Positions 42,009 to 61,927 of a DNA stretch of 64,000 nt are shown here, one piece after another (positions within the stretch are counted from its first letter, which is position 1; every line of letters begins with the position of its first letter). Source of the stretch: the human T2T-CHM13v2.0 reference genome, Homo sapiens; assembly GCF_009914755.1 (NCBI RefSeq), contig NC_060939.1; one strand, 5' to 3'. A program made the position numbers and the translations under genes. The notes under the pieces were generated by a model. That model had not been told where the DNA came from, made no database searches, and saw nothing but the letters and a program-made list of their open reading frames with translations.

Positions 42009-42317
42009 GGGGCGGGCAGGGAGGTTCATGTCTGTAAGCCCAGCGCTGTGGGAGGCCAAGGCAGGAGGACTGCTTGAAGTCAAGAGTTCACGACCAGCCT
42101 GCGCAACATCAAGTGAGACCCCATCTCTACAAAAAAATTTAAAAATCAGCCAGATGCGGTGACACATGCCTATAGTCTTAGCTACTTGGGAGGCTTAGGC
42201 ATGAGGATCACTTGGGCCCAAGAGGTCAGGGCTGCAGTGAGTTGTAATCGTGCCACTGCACTCCAGCCTGGGCAATAAAGCAAGACACTATATCAAAAAA
42301 AAAAGAAAAAGAAAAAA
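42009..42317 (+). mobile_element. AluJ, sense
   Basis: J-type gaggatcacttgggcccaagaggtcagggctgcagtgag; A-rich tail. Confidence 0.92.
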
Positions 42318-42918
42318 GTCAATGGAGAGGTGATTCAAAAAGTCAAGTTCAACTTCCTATGCCCAAAGATCAGTGGGGTGCACATGAAATCGGTAGCGTC
42401 CATGAAAATATTACATAAGGTCCCGTGTGTGAAGGAGAGAGAGCAGAAACAAAAGAGCAGGCTCTAATGAAAGCAGATTCCAGAGATGACGAACAGAGAT
42501 TCCTTCTAGAGCACTTACGTCACCTGGGGTGCTTTGTGTATTCTCTTTTTAAAAAATTGATCTATAATTCACATGCCATAAAATTCATCCTTTTGAAGTG
42601 TACGTTGGTTACGGCCCTTTTCTCTTCACAGGTGTTCTCTTTACCAAACCCACTATTCCTGCTCTGTGAAGTCTGTATATTTTAAAAGTAAATATACATG
42701 AGATTGCTTGAGATCATGTAGAAACCACTACCAGGTGTATCTAGCTATTTTGAACTCTTCGACGGCTATTTTTTACATTGTACATTGTCAAACACTGAAA
42801 CCTTTTTCAAAGAGATATGTGGTAGGTTTCTCCATAATTTTCTAGGTAACAATGAGGGTTCTGGTTTTCTTACCTTGTGAGTTCTGGCTATGAAAACTGT
42901 ATTTTCTGTAAAATTTGA

Positions 42919-43441
<523 letters not shown>

Positions 43442-43540
43442 TAAATAACTGATTCGCCAGTAACAATAGAAAATAGATTTCTATGAAAAAGGCAGACTTG
43501 TATTATTAATGCTGAAGCTGATGATTTAATCACCTCATTT

Positions 43541-45299
43541 AATCTTATTTTTTACTTTTATTTTAGCTTCAGGTGTACATGTGCAGGTTTTTATATAGGT
43601 AAAATCACGTCACTGGGGTTTTTTGTACAGATTGTGTCACCCAGGTACTAAGCCTAGTATCCAATAGTTATTTTTTCTGATCCTTTCCCTCCTCCCACCC
43701 TCAAGTAGGCCCTAGTGTCTGTTGTTTCTCTGTGTGTGTCCATGTCTTCCATCATTTAGCTCCCACTTGTAAGTGATAGCATGTGGTATTTGGTTTTCTG
43801 TTCCTGCGTGGTTTTCTAAGTATAATGATCTCCAGCTTCACCCATGTTCCTGCAAAGGACATTGTCTTATTCTTTTTATGGCTGCATACTATTCCATGGT
43901 GTATATGTACCACATTTTCTTTCTCTCATCTGTCATTGTTGGGCATTTAGGTTGATTCCATGTCTTTGCTATAATGAATAGTGCTGCAGTGAACATATGC
44001 ATGCATGTGTCTTTATGGTAGGATGATTTACATTCCTTTGGGTATATACCCAGTAAGGGATTGCTGGGTCGAATGGTAGTTCTGTTTTTAGCTCTTGGAG
44101 GAATCACCACACTGCTTTCCACCATAGTTGGAAAATATTTACATTTCCAGCAACAGTGTATAAGTGTTTCCTTTTCTCCATAACCTCGCCAGCATCTGTT
44201 CTTTTTTGACTTTTTATTAATAGCCATTCTGACTGGTGTAAGATGGTATCTCATTGTGGTTTTGATTTGCATTTCTCTAATGATTAGTGATATTGAGCTT
44301 TTTTGCATATGCTTGTTGGCCATACATACGTCATCTTTTGAAAAGTATGTCTTCTGTTCATGTCTTTTGCCCACTTTTTAATGGGGTTGTTTTTTTTCCG
44401 TAAACTTGTGAAAGTTCCTTATAGATGCTGGATATGAGACCTTTGTCTGATGTATAGTTTGCAAATATTTTCTCCCATTCTGTAGGGTATCTGTTTACTC
44501 TGTTGACAGTTTCTTTTGCTGTGCAGATGCTCTTAAGTTTAATTACATCCCATCTGTCAATTTTAGCTTTTGTTTCAATTGCTTTTAGCATCTTCATCAT
44601 GAAATCCTTGCTAGTTCCTGTGTCCAGAATGGTGTTACCTAGGTTGTCCTCTAGGGTTTTATAGTTTTGGGTTTTACATTTAAGTCTTTAATCTATCTTG
44701 AGTTGATTTTTATATATGGTGTAAGCAAGGGGTCCAGTTTCAATCTTCTCCATATGGCTAGCCAGTTCTCCCAGGACCACTTATTGAATAGGGAGTCCTT
44801 TCCCAATTGCTTGTTTTTGTCAGCTTTGTCGAAGATCAGATAGTGGTAGGTGTGTGGCCTTATTTCTGGGCCTTATTTCTCTATTCTGTTTCACTGGTCT
44901 ATGTGTCTGTTTTTGTACCAGTACCACTCTGTTTTGATTACCGTAGCCCTGTAGTATAGTTTAAAGTCAGGTAACGTGATGCTTCCAGCCTTGTTCTTTT
45001 TGCTTAGGATTGCCTTGGCCTTTGGGGCTCTTTTTTTGATCCATATGCATTTTAAAATAGTTTTTTCTAGTTCTGTGAAGAATTTCATTGGTAGTTTGGT
45101 AGGAGTAACATTGAATCTGTAAATTGCTTTGGGCAGTATAGCCATTTTAATGATATTGGTTCTTCCTATCCATGAGCATGGAATGTTTTTCCATTTGTTT
45201 ATGTCATCTCTGATTTCCTTGAGTGGTGTTTTGAATTAAAATTTCAGAGATCTTTCACCTCCCTGGTTAGCTGTATTCCTAAGTATTTTGTTCTTTTTG
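43541..45299 (-). mobile_element. 5'-truncated older L1PA (PA15/16-like), ~1.75 kb
   Basis: 3' UTR plus frameshifted ORF2 pieces (ORFs 43889-44374, 44358-44600, 44891-45145); TSD aat(c/t)acctcattt at 43528-43540 and 45300-45312. Confidence 0.93.
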
Positions 45300-45363
45300 A
45301 ATTACCTCATTTTAAATGATTTTTTAAGCCCTCAATATTTAAATGAGCATCCCTAGGATTCTC

Positions 45364-45513
45364 TTTTTTTAACTTTTAAGTTAAAGGTACAAGTGCAGGT
45401 TTGTTACATAGTTAAACTTGTATTATGGGGGTTTGTTGTACAGATTATTTCATCACCCAGGTATTAAACCTAGTACCCCTAAGTTATTTTTCCTGATCTT
45501 CTCCCTCCTCCCA
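45364..45513 (-). mobile_element. Short older L1PA 3' end (~150 bp)
   Basis: gtgcaggtttgttacata...catcacccaggtatta; TSD ccctagg(a/c)ttctc at 45351-45363 and 45514-45526. Confidence 0.9.
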
Positions 45514-45623
45514 CCCTAGGCTTCTCAGTTAATAACAGTAGTCATACCACACATATATAATACTTCAGTCTCCAAAGCATTTTCACATACATGGCCTTCT
45601 GATCTTTAACACTGGACATTATT

Positions 45624-45721
45624 TATTAATACTTTGCTTATTCCAAAAAGCTTTAGACGTACTAAAACTTACTATTAATACTTTGCTTATTTCAAAACGC
45701 TTTAGACTTACTAAAACTTAC
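45624..45721. repeat. Tandem duplication, 49 bp x 2
   Basis: tattaatactttgcttattccaaaaagctttagacgtactaaaacttac repeated with 3 mismatches. Confidence 0.95.
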
Positions 45722-46899
45722 TGAAGGTATAATTATAGAGTTAAGATATGAAAATTAAAATTTAAAACTTAAAAACTAAATAGGAAACGGAGGCATGTAT
45801 TCCAGAAACCTTGGCTGATATATTTATAGTGATGGTACATTAAAGTTAACTCTGAGTTTCTGGCTTAATTTAGTTTGACCATCAAGGCCTAGCCTACTAG
45901 ACTCAGATTCTGAAGGCTTTGGGTCTGGCCCCTTCCCAGCCATAACTCCTAGGAGGAGTGGCCTATGTAGAGCTGGGGGAAGAGGCCAACTCACCACAAT
46001 GCTTACTCTTGTCTCCAAGCAAAGCTAGAGAAATCATAACATTTAATGGTGCACATATTTCAGGAGATAAGATGTTTATTCATCTCATTTGGGGTTATAC
46101 ACCAATGAAACTCTGCAGACTTGAGCTCCAAATTTCTGTTTATTTGAATTTGTTTACATGCTCCAAAATATAGACTGTTTCATGAGTTCTAGAGTCCTAA
46201 ATTTTTTTAAATGGGAAAGACTTTAGAACTCCTGTATCTATTGTAAGCTATGAATTCTCCTTTTGTATGTGAATTATTCTGAACTCTGCCATTTGGGGAA
46301 AAAAAAGTTTATTTAAATGATTGACATTTTGTATTACTTGCCTTTTTCTTAATAAAAGATATTGTAAAATTATTTTAGCTGAAATATCAAAGTTTGGCAT
46401 AGTTCAGTCAGTTCAGTTTACTAATGTCATTATGCAACAGTTAAGAAATCAGACATAAAAGCATACCAAGCACAAATTGATTATACAAGACATGTACCAC
46501 CTGCCAACATGTTAGATTGTCATAGAGTTTTAGACTTGGAAGGAATTTTTAAAGATCTGTAAACTTTCAAAAATAAACTGGCAGTATTCTTACTTTTAAG
46601 CATGTTCTCCTAAAAGTTTTAAACAACAGTAATGGTCAGCATTGAAAAAAGTCAAGTATCATGGATCATCTATAATTTGCAAGCTTTAATTTATTCTTTG
46701 AACAGCTTTCTTTACAGGAAACATTGGATGTTTAAATACTATGATGTCTTACATTCGTATGACTATTAATCCCTAATATTTTTTGCATGTTCACTGTAAA
46801 AATTTCAAGGAAGACAAATGAAATAGAGCAAAAAGGTAAAATTCCCTCTTCATACAAACTCCACACTTGATCCACTGCCTTCAAGTGTAAAGACTACTT

Positions 46900-48450
46900 G
46901 AAGGTAAATAACCACTGTTCACAGTTCATTGTGTATTCTCCAGCCCTTTCTGTAAGTACCAATAAATAGCTATTTTCTAAAATTGATATTACTATACATA
47001 CTTTTTGCAATTTGTGTCCTTATTTTAATATCATATCATGGGTATCTTTTCATATTAATACATATAAGCCTATGTTATTGATTTTTTTTTAGTGCAGAGT
47101 ATTCTGTACAATGGATGTAGCATTATTTATTTAGGTACTTCCCTACTGAGGGATGTTTAGATTGCCTCTAGTTTTCTAACATTACAAATAATACTTTAGA
47201 ATTTTGGTTCAAGATGGCAGCCTGAGCACATGAGCTTTTCTTCCCTTTCTCCAAAGATTCCTTCAAAATGATACTAAAACGATTTAACTAAAAGATGTGA
47301 CCTAAAACCACTAAGACTGGAGTGGGGGCATCAGTGAGCAAATATCTTAACAGATTTTTGGAAGACAGAAAGCAGATGGGAGGATGTTCACTAGCAGAGC
47401 AGAGGAAATCACAGCCCAGGTGTGCAGAGGGGGTCTGGGATGAGAAGGGGCTGACCTGTGAGATGAAGCCCCAAGAGGCTCTGAGCCTGGAAGACAGCAG
47501 GTAAAAGGGAGGGGAGAAGGGGAGAATGTGGCTGAAAATGGGGAAAGAAGTGAAAAAACCTGTCTGTGGAACAGACACCCCCACTCCCAGCACACACACA
47601 CATTCAGAATGCTGGCATTGCCTCCTCGTCCAAATACGGAAAGGAACTAGGACATGGATGAGAGGTGGGTGCTGCAAGACTTCTGTCTTCATTGTGGAAT
47701 TGGAGAAAGGGCAGCTTGCTGACTGGTACCCCACTCTCTGACTCTGTAGAACTTAGCCTGTTAACAAACTCTCACAATGTGCACAGGGTTCTCAGGAAAC
47801 CTTCACATTGCTTTTGTCTTGAATGCCAATGGATAACTGAAGATAACATGAATGGGTGACCAAGGATCACTAGACATTTTCTTAAGCCTATAGCATGAAA
47901 GATAAGGCCCAAGATAAATAACTGGAAAAGTTATTTCTGGAAGAAACTGAGCAAATTCTTGGAGAAGAAAACTTAAAGGTTCTCTAACAAGTACTGCTTC
48001 CATGAATATCCTAATATGTATATCTTTTCATACTTATATAAATAATTCTGTAGGATAGACTCTTGGCAGAAGAATTTGTAGGTCAAATGGAATGCACACT
48101 TAAAATTCTGGAAAATAAAGCAAAATTTCTCTCCAAAGTCGTGCCAATTTACACTCCCACCAGAAGCACATGAAATAATTCTTTCTTCACACCGTTACCA
48201 AAACTAAATATTATAAGTGTACTTAATTCTTACTAGATCTTTTTTATTTGCATTTTCCTGACCACTAATTTTTATTGTTCTTTATACTCTATGACTTTGA
48301 CATTTTTAAATTGCACTTGTAGTTTTCTTATTGATTTTAAGAACTCATATACATAATCAGTAATAACCATTTTTGGTGATGTCTATCTAAAATATTAGCC
48401 TTTATCTTACATTTCAACTCTGCTTAAATTATCTATTACTCTGTGGTGAA
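46900..48450 (-). mobile_element. Old L1ME-type 3' fragments, interrupted
   Basis: gagtattctgtacaatggatgtagcattatttattt and gccaatttacactcccaccag degenerate motifs. Confidence 0.5.
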
Positions 48451-48460
48451 AAATTTTCAT

Positions 48461-48530
48461 CTTTTTTTATTATACTTTAAGTCCTGGGGTACATGTGCAG
48501 AAAGTGCAGGTTTGTTACACAGGTATACAC
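48461..48530 (-). mobile_element. Tiny L1PA 3' terminus (~70 bp)
   Basis: ttttattatactttaagtcctggggtacatgtgcagaaagtgcaggtttgttacacaggtatacac. Confidence 0.85.
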
Positions 48531-49123
48531 AATTCTGTCCTTTTTTTTTGTGGCTGTTGGTTTTCTGACAGATACCTTTCACCAAAATAAGGATTTTTCT
48601 TTCTATAACTAGCTTTTAAGAATTTTTATTAAAACTTGCCCGTTTTGTTTAGTTTTCTTCTGAATGTCTGATGATCAATCCTTAGTTGTCAGTTTATATT
48701 TATAAAGATAATGGATAGTTGCTTATTCTAGGTACGTTCAGTTGCTTTCCTCCACAATTACTTTCATCTGTTTTTGCAACAGTCCTTTTCTCCAAATGGA
48801 GCAGAGCCCAGTATGCTGCCAGGCTGCAGTCAGGCAGGTTTCCTCTGAGTGTGCGTGGGCAGGGGTCAGACAGGCAGACAGATACAAATCATCCTCTCTT
48901 AGAGGCATATGAGGATTCAGTAGGATAAACACGAATTGCCTAGCATGATAATGAATTTAATACATATTTTCCCTGCTTTATCTCAAGGCTCCAATATGTA
49001 TCAGTGACTGCTTAACAAACCTGTTTAGTTTGCCTTGCAATTTCCTTGCAATGACAAGAAACAGGCTTCTCTTCAGCTCCACTGCCAAGGAAGCCTCCAG
49101 GATTATGCCACTTCGGGTGTACC

Positions 49124-49506
49124 TTTTTTTTTATTATTATACTTTAAGTTCTAGGGTACATGTGCACAGTGTGCAGGTTTGTTACATATGTATACCTGTG
49201 CCATGTTGGTTTGCTGCACCCATTAACTCGTCATTTACATTAGGTATTTCTCCTAATGCTATCCCTCCCCTATCCCCCACCCCATGACAGGCCCCGGTGT
49301 GTGATGTTCCCTGCCCTGTGTCCAAGTGTTCTCATTGTTCAATTCCCACCTATGAGTAAGAACATGCGGTGTTTGGTTTTCTGTCCTGGCAATAGTTTGC
49401 TCAGAATGATGGTTTCCAGCTTCATCCATGTCCCTACAAAGGACATGAACTCATCCTTTTTTATGGCTGCATAGTATTCCATGGTGTATATGTGCCACAT
49501 TTTCTT
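49124..49506 (-). mobile_element. L1PA (PA6-like) 3' end, ~380 bp
   Basis: Poly-T and full 3' UTR; stops at ccacattttctt where the next L1 tail begins. Confidence 0.92.
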
Positions 49507-52996
<3,490 letters not shown>

Positions 52997-53713
52997 TGAT
53001 TTAACTGGCACAGTTGTGTGTTCTTATGGCTTTTGCACCCAACTGTCTGTCGGAGTAGTTGCCTCTTCCCAGAAGAACAAAAAGAGAAAGAAAAGTAGAC
53101 ATGCTTCTTCTGTGCGTCTCCTGTGCTGACCTCATTCTATTCAGAGAATGGTTTCTCTAGGGGTATAAATGTGTGATGATGTGTTTATGCCTCTCCACCT
53201 TACTCCCCCAGCCCTAGGCTGCATCCAGTGGTCTAAGTGGCGTTCCTCTGCTCTTGCTCTTATGTGGTCTCCAGTTCTTGGCCTTGTCTTCCATTTACAG
53301 TCCGGCTCTGCCCATTGAAATTGGTCTTTGCAGAGCTCTTATTTCCAGCTGGGATGCTCTTGGACAAGTTCCTTAACTTTTCTGAGATTCGGTTTCCCCA
53401 TAGGCAAAATAGGAAAACAATTACAATGTCATAGAACTATTACCTTTAAATGAGAAAATGTAGGTAAAATACCCTGCATGTCAACCCTATTAGTTCCCAT
53501 ATCTCCCTGGATCAGTGCTTTTCACCCTGGCTGCACATTGCACTCATGGGAGGCATGCTGTGTGAGGCATGTTTGAACTATGCTGATGCCTGAGTCCCAC
53601 CTGCATGTTTAATTGGTCAGGGGCACAGCCTGACAGCCTGGACTTCAGGATTTTTTTTTAAACTTTAAAGGTGATTGCAATGTCCTTTCAGGATAAAAGG
53701 CCTTTTCCCTATG

Positions 53714-53945
53714 TCAGTAGGTGTCAACTAGGGACTATTCTGCACCCGCTCCCCATACATTTGGCAATGGCTGGAGGCATTTCGATTGTTACAGTGAGGG
53801 CAGAGAAGGGGGGAGGCGGGTGCTGCTGGCATCTGTCGATAGAGGCCAGGGATGCTGCTGAACCTTCCACAGTGCACAGGGCGGCTCCCACAGTGAAGAA
53901 TTATTCAGCTCTAAACCTCAGTGGTGCTGAAGTAAGAAACCCTGG
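53714..53945. mobile_element. MER20
   Basis: catttggcaatggctggaggcattt...gaggccagggatgctgctgaaccttccacagtgcacagg...aagaaaccctg. Confidence 0.85.
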
Positions 53946-55209
53946 CCTGTTTGATCACTAAGATCCCTTTCAGTGCTGAAGTTTTGTAGGCCACTTATTT
54001 CAGAATGATATTTTTAAAATAACAATAAATATCTAAGGTTTTCTTTGAATGACCGTTTTATGTACCATTAAGTTCACATTCATCAGCTCACTCTGAATCC
54101 TGAGCTTCCAATCCAATCCCCCTCCTTTGGTTTACTTTCCAGATTTCACTCAGTTCTTGGTAGTGGGCCCCTAGATTGCTTATCTCTGAACAGCTGTGAG
54201 GCAGCCCCAACAACAGAAGTACCATCTTAAAATGCCCTTTTATAGCCGGCCCTGTGGTGTTTGGAGTCCTTTCTTGCTTTCTTAATACATGGCAGAAGAA
54301 TAAAGGACAGAAAAAAAAGAAAAGCAAAGAAAGTCAGTTTTTCTTTGGATTCTCATAGAACTCTGATCATCTCTCCAGCTCGGTACTTAAATATATTTTA
54401 CTGTAGTTTATCTGTTTACATGTCTGTGCTCTTCCCGGTGAGGCCGTGCAATCCTTGAAGACAAACAGGCCAGCCTTAGACAGTCTTCTCTGGAGTACAC
54501 ACCATGAGCCAGGAACTGTGCTCAGTGGTGTGGATACAGAAATAAAGGTCGTGCTGGCTCTCCTGAGGCCCATGCATGGTGTGCAGCCCGTGTGGGGGTT
54601 CTGTGCTCAGACATCTTAGCCCCTCTTGATCATGAGACCTCGCTCGTGGTACTGGAGTCATATTACTACTCACTAGATGCTTGGAATCCTGGGTCTCCCA
54701 CCTCCTTCATCTAACCCTCACAACACTCACACAAGGTGGGAACTAATGTCATCATCTGCATTTTATAGTTGAGGGACCTGCCTGTGGTAAACAATTTGTG
54801 AGGGGTGGAGTCAGGACTTGAACCTGGGCACAGGCCTCACTTATGACCTTCCCTGCATGTTTATGACCATGGCCATTTGCAAGAAAAATATGGCAGGGTG
54901 GGGTGGTATTTGTGTCTTCTCACTTCCCAGCCACTGGAAGAAAGACATGTTCCACTGAATTCCTTGCAGCCATCTTGCACCCTCCTCACTGTTCCATCCC
55001 TGTCCCCACTGCTACCTCAAACTTGATTACAATCATGCGTCCCATGCTCTCTTTGGGAATCCTTGGGCTAAATCTCCATAGTTATTATCTTAGTCACTAG
55101 ACTTGCACCATCTTGCCTCAGCAGACCTTCTGGAACTAGCTTTTAAAAGAGTATCCAGCTCTTAAAAAGAGTAGAACATTTTAGAGAAATAAAACATCAA
55201 GTGTGTGTT

Positions 55210-56140
<931 letters not shown>

Positions 56141-58336
56141 TTCAAGTGTGTTTTTGAAAGAGTATTTAAGCATGTGATATAATAGGCACCAATGGTCAGC
56201 TCTGAGGCATCAGGACAAGATGCTGCGCTGGGCTTTGTTACCTGCTGCAGGTCATGGCAGCCCCTGGAGACGATTAAGTCACAAACAACTCAAAGTGATA
56301 TCCTGACTCTTGGCTGAATGTTCCTCGTCAATGCTGGTAGATGAGGAAAGTGATCATTGAGTATTTGTTTTTTATTTGGACTCAGTTCTTGCCTTTTCTT
56401 CACCAAAAGCTTTTATGACTCTTGTCCAGAACCAAATATTCACAAAACAAAGATTCCATGCCAAAGAGACTGTGCCCTCTTGCTGTGATTTGGAAAGATG
56501 CTGTTGTTTGTTTTAGCACTCCTGGACTTACTTTTGGATTACATACTTTCCACGTGGTGTCTGACAGCGCACCTCCCTTTGATTTAGGACAGCTCTGATG
56601 TCCTTGCATCTGTTTACAGGGACTTTCTTTTCACTTTCAGAGTCCTTTGCCTTGAAAAGCTTTCAGATATGCTGGAACGAAAGGAAATCAACTCTGCCCC
56701 ACCCCCTTCTGCTGATTGTTTCACATTTTCTGCTTTATATTGATAGTTAGCACCTAGCTACCCTGGAAATGTGAGACTGAGTTTTCCTGTTTGTACATGG
56801 ATTTGTCTTTCATTTTCTGGGGAAATAGTTAAGCTGTGGTTTGTTTTTGCTTTTAATTGTATCGTCTGTCTCAGAAATATGCAAAATGCCCACACCTGTT
56901 TTCCTACACTTAATGTGATACTTTCCTCAAATGCAGGAAACAGTTGCTGAGCTGGCTGAGTCTTGAATTTTTATGGAAGTGATTTGACACCGCTATCCTT
57001 GCATGAGGAATAACATTGTCTCCTAGCCCACTCTAGGCAGCAGCGCCTAAGGACAGCATCTTCAGCAGGGCTGTTAATCGCTCCCAGGTCTCCTATCTGG
57101 ATTAGGATAATAGCTGAGAATCCATTATCTGCAAGTCCAATGTGGTTAACACTGTCCCTAGATCCGCCTATTCCCTAACCCACTTGGAAGTGCATTTAAA
57201 TCTTCCCTGTTTGAATCAAAGTCTTGCTTTTTTGTGATATGTTAGATCACTGAGCTACCACATTAGGGAACTAATACAAGCTAAGCCCCAAGAAGAGATA
57301 TCTAAGGTTTAAACAACGTTTAATAAATATAGTTGACTTAATGAAAGAGAAGTGACTCCTGAGAAAAACAGTAATCTTGAAGATTTCTTAACCAACAGCT
57401 GGGGATGACCCACCCTTTGCTTCTCCATGGTTACTGCTCTCACTGGGAGCCTCTCTTCCTTCCTCGTGAGCATCAGAGCTTCAGAAATGTGAAACCTGCC
57501 TTCTAAGATTGCCCTCTTCTCTCTTCAGGCCTTACTTTCCCATGGAAGAAGTTGAGCACCCTTTCCCCTTTTTTATTAAGCAGAACTCTAGGCACATTGT
57601 GCTCTTCTTCTAAACCTTGAAGTCTTGCAGATAAGTCACTGAAGGGGTGGTCTTTGAAGATAAGCCTCCTTTCTCCCTCTCATCATGAACCGCCTTTATT
57701 AGCTTTGCTCTGGCTGTTTTAGCATCAACAGCTTTAAGAATAACTTTTGGCATCTCCTGACTCTACCCTACTCTGTCCCCAAGCCAGACACTATTCTCTG
57801 AATTAGAAACCATATAAATGTCAGCATGGGAAAGACTCACTCCTTCTGTCTGAATTCTGAATCAATATTCATGTTCTTCCTTGGAAAATGTACTTTCACA
57901 TAGCCCCACCCTTTAACTTTCTTTGTGGCCTTATAGTCACGCCTATATTTGTTATGCTTTGGGGGCAGAATTTGTCTCATTGATCAATATTTATTTTTCC
58001 CTTTATTATCTAGTGTTTAGTGTGAATCAGGACTGATTTTCTTTCTTTGATTAAAGAAAACATTGCTCTTTGTCTGAATTGATATTCCTGCAAGATAATT
58101 AAACATTTCAATGGATATCTGTAAGCACCTACTGTGTACAATATATTATGAAGAGAAAGAGTTGAACGATACATGGCCCCTTCCCTGAAAGGCATTTACT
58201 GTCCATTTGGAAATCCTTTGATGACTTTGAAAAGAGACCCAGTGCTATGGGAGTGCAAAGGATGGAGAAATTAACTCTAATAGGATAATCAGAGGAGGCA
58301 CCTGGGGGAGGTGGTATTTAAACTGGGCTTGTAGAG

Positions 58337-58550
58337 CAGGGGCTGGCAACCTTTTTTTTGGAAAGACCATATAGTAAATATCTTGGGCTTTGCAGGCCAT
58401 TTGGCCTCTGTTACAGCTACTCAGCTGCACAGTGAGAAAGCAGCATAGACAATATGTGAATGAATGGGGGTGCCTATGCTCCAATAAAATACGATATACC
58501 AAAAAAGCCAGCCGCCAAGTTTAGCCCTCATGCTGTGGTTTGCCCACCCT
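58337..58550. mobile_element. MER58A-like element
   Basis: gctggcaacc...atagtaaatatcttgggctttgcaggcca...agcagcatagacaatatgtgaatgaatgg. Confidence 0.75.
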
Positions 58551-59957
58551 TGTTTTGGTGGATGGATAGGCTTTTCTCAGAAGAAATAGGGAAAGAGCAT
58601 TTCAATCTGAAGAAGCAGCACAAGCTAAGGTACAGAGAAGGAAGAATGTGAGGCATGTTCTGGACTTAGTCACTTATGAAATAAGTGAGGGTGACCTTGA
58701 CATTTGAGACTGCAAATACAGGGTATAGCTAGGCCTGTTTCATCCTGAACCACATCCTTTGTATTAAATCTGAAGATGCTCGGCTGGAGAAGAGTTGTGA
58801 CAGGGTCCTGCCTCTGCTCTGCAGACAGTTTGGGGCAGTTGTAGAGGAGGAGGGGGAGCGGCTGCTGTAAAAAGGCCTGGCCTATAGGAAGAGTCTGAGG
58901 CAGGGGAAGTGACTAATAACAAGGATACTGCTATGTCAGTGGGCTCTGTGATTCCAAACAGTAAATTTGACCGTGTTAGAAAACCAGAGTTTTTGCGTGT
59001 GTTTTTAATCAGTGACTGTAGGTTGAGCACCTTATGATAGAAGAACGTAATACACACCACAGTATTGCTACATCAGGGAGTGATAAACTGCACTTGGAAA
59101 CTTGAGATGATCTGGAGCAAATCAGAGTAGAAAAGACGGATAAATAATTTTGGGAGTTGGAAATTTAGGTAATCAGTCCTCTTTAAAAAGAGGGGAGTGG
59201 TTGCATTTGAGATAAGCTAAATCCCTTCCCTTGTCTCTAAAGCAGTACTTTTGAAACCTAGTCCAGCCTTTCCTGTCTTTCCTGTTTTGTTGGTAAGTTC
59301 TGGGAACACCAAGGTTCTCTAAGCCTTCTCCCATACAAAGGTCCCAATCCAAACAGCAGGTTCTCAGCAGGCAGCATAGATCCTGTCCTACATGAATGCT
59401 TTCAGTTGAATTCCTTGATTTTTAATTATCCCTAACAAATCACATATTTGCCAAGTTTTTAGAATTGCTGCGAGAAGACCAATATTAACCTGTAAGATAA
59501 TTTCTGTTGGTAGGGTAAAAATTTGTTGATCAGAGAAAAAGGATTTAATCAACTGCATTAAGATTTCTTGTAAATAAATACTCCACATCATTGCTAGGTC
59601 CTCCTTAACTTACAAAATCGTGCATGGCTAGGACTCACTTGGAATTTTAAGAAAAATTTGAATTATCAGTTTCACTGGCCAAAGGACCCAAAGTACTGTC
59701 TCAAACATTTCAGTATGAGCAGAATTGTGCAAGTTAAGAGTTCTACTCTCAGCCACGCAGCTTTCTGGCTCTATAGCCTTCAGTCAGTTACCTGACCTCT
59801 CCGTATGTCATTTTCTTTACCTGTAAGATGAATTGACAATAATATTTATCTCATAGGGTTATTGGGAAGGTTAAATAAGGTAAAACAGGTAAAGCATCTA
59901 GCACAATGACTGGCACAAAATACTTATTCAATAAACATCAGATGTCATTACTAGTAA

Positions 59958-60294
<337 letters not shown>

Positions 60295-60428
60295 TAGTCC
60301 AGGATTATATGGTTAGAGATCCACATAATTGTGCTTTGAGACTTTGTCTAGACAATAAATACCTTTCCAAAAGCAAAAGACAATTTTTTTCTAGACTTAT
60401 CAAGCCAACAATCAGTATCAAAAGTTTA

Positions 60429-60733
<305 letters not shown>

Positions 60734-61895
60734 GTTTTACATGGCACATGCCTTTATAACTAACTGATAGTGAACTAAGATCAAGCACCGTTTGAGTTGT
60801 ATCCAGTAAATATGGTGTCCCCTAACTCAGCTCATTGGCTTGAGGTGGTACCAAGATGTTCATGGGGGCAAACGGAAGTTGATCAACACTTGTATTTCAG
60901 ACCTAGGCAAGTATGAGGATTGGGCTATTAGATGTTCCTCTTTTAATATGAATACTGACTTACTATTCTCTGATGTGTTGGTCTTTAAAATGTTCAGCTG
61001 TGCCTCAGAGAACAGTGAAATTTCTGCTGTCAGCATGTGAGGGTCATGGGCACGGTCTCTCAGTACCATTCAGCATGGGGACCCTTGGAGCCCCTGTGAA
61101 ATCCGACCCCCCCTGGAAAGGATGAAGACATAGTTCAACCCAAGGTCTTTATGGACCTGCTGAATTCATTACAATTAAGTAAGTTAAACTTTCATCACAG
61201 ACTTTATCCCCTCTTCTCAAAGCACAAGTGAAAAAGAGATACCTGTTTAAGTGCCAAAAGCCTATTGTCTGGCCAGAGCCATTGGCTGGCTTAGCACTTA
61301 CTTATTTGTTGGATAAGCTTTTTATTGAAATGCTAAGTATAAATACACAGGAAAAGTTCTCTATTCAAAACTATAAGTACAGCTTGATGAATTTTCACAA
61401 AGTGAACACAGTCACGTCACTAGTACTCAGATGAAGAAATAGAACTTGATCAGCTCCCAGAAGCCCCTTCCAGTGTCCCCTCTCTGTCACTAACCTCCCC
61501 ACCGCAGAAAGAACCACTACCGTGATTGTTCACACCATACATTAGTTTTTGTCTGTTTTTAGAAAAACCTTATATAAATGGAATAATACAGCATATACTG
61601 TTTTGTATCTGGCTTTTTTTTTTTTTTCTCAACATTTTTAACATTTACCTTGGAGTAGAGTATAAAATGAGAAGGTAGATTTCTTCCTAATGTTTAGCCA
61701 ATTTTACAAACCAATTTGTTGAGTGGTTCATTTATTTAACATTGGAATGTGTAGAATGTGCTAAGTCACATACTTACCATTTATTGTATTCCATTTATCT
61801 GTCAAATAATTTCTGTACCACACAGAGTATTTTGGTTATCATAGCTTTAAAATGTGATTTAGTATCTGGCATGGCAATTCTTCCCTCTTTTGCTA

Positions 61896-61896
<1 letters not shown>

Positions 61897-61927
<31 letters not shown>

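Noticed and set aside
57040-57060. REST/RE1-like cagcgcc-taa-ggacagcatc
   Set aside because: Half-site spacing is one base off canonical and the left half mismatches; probably chance.
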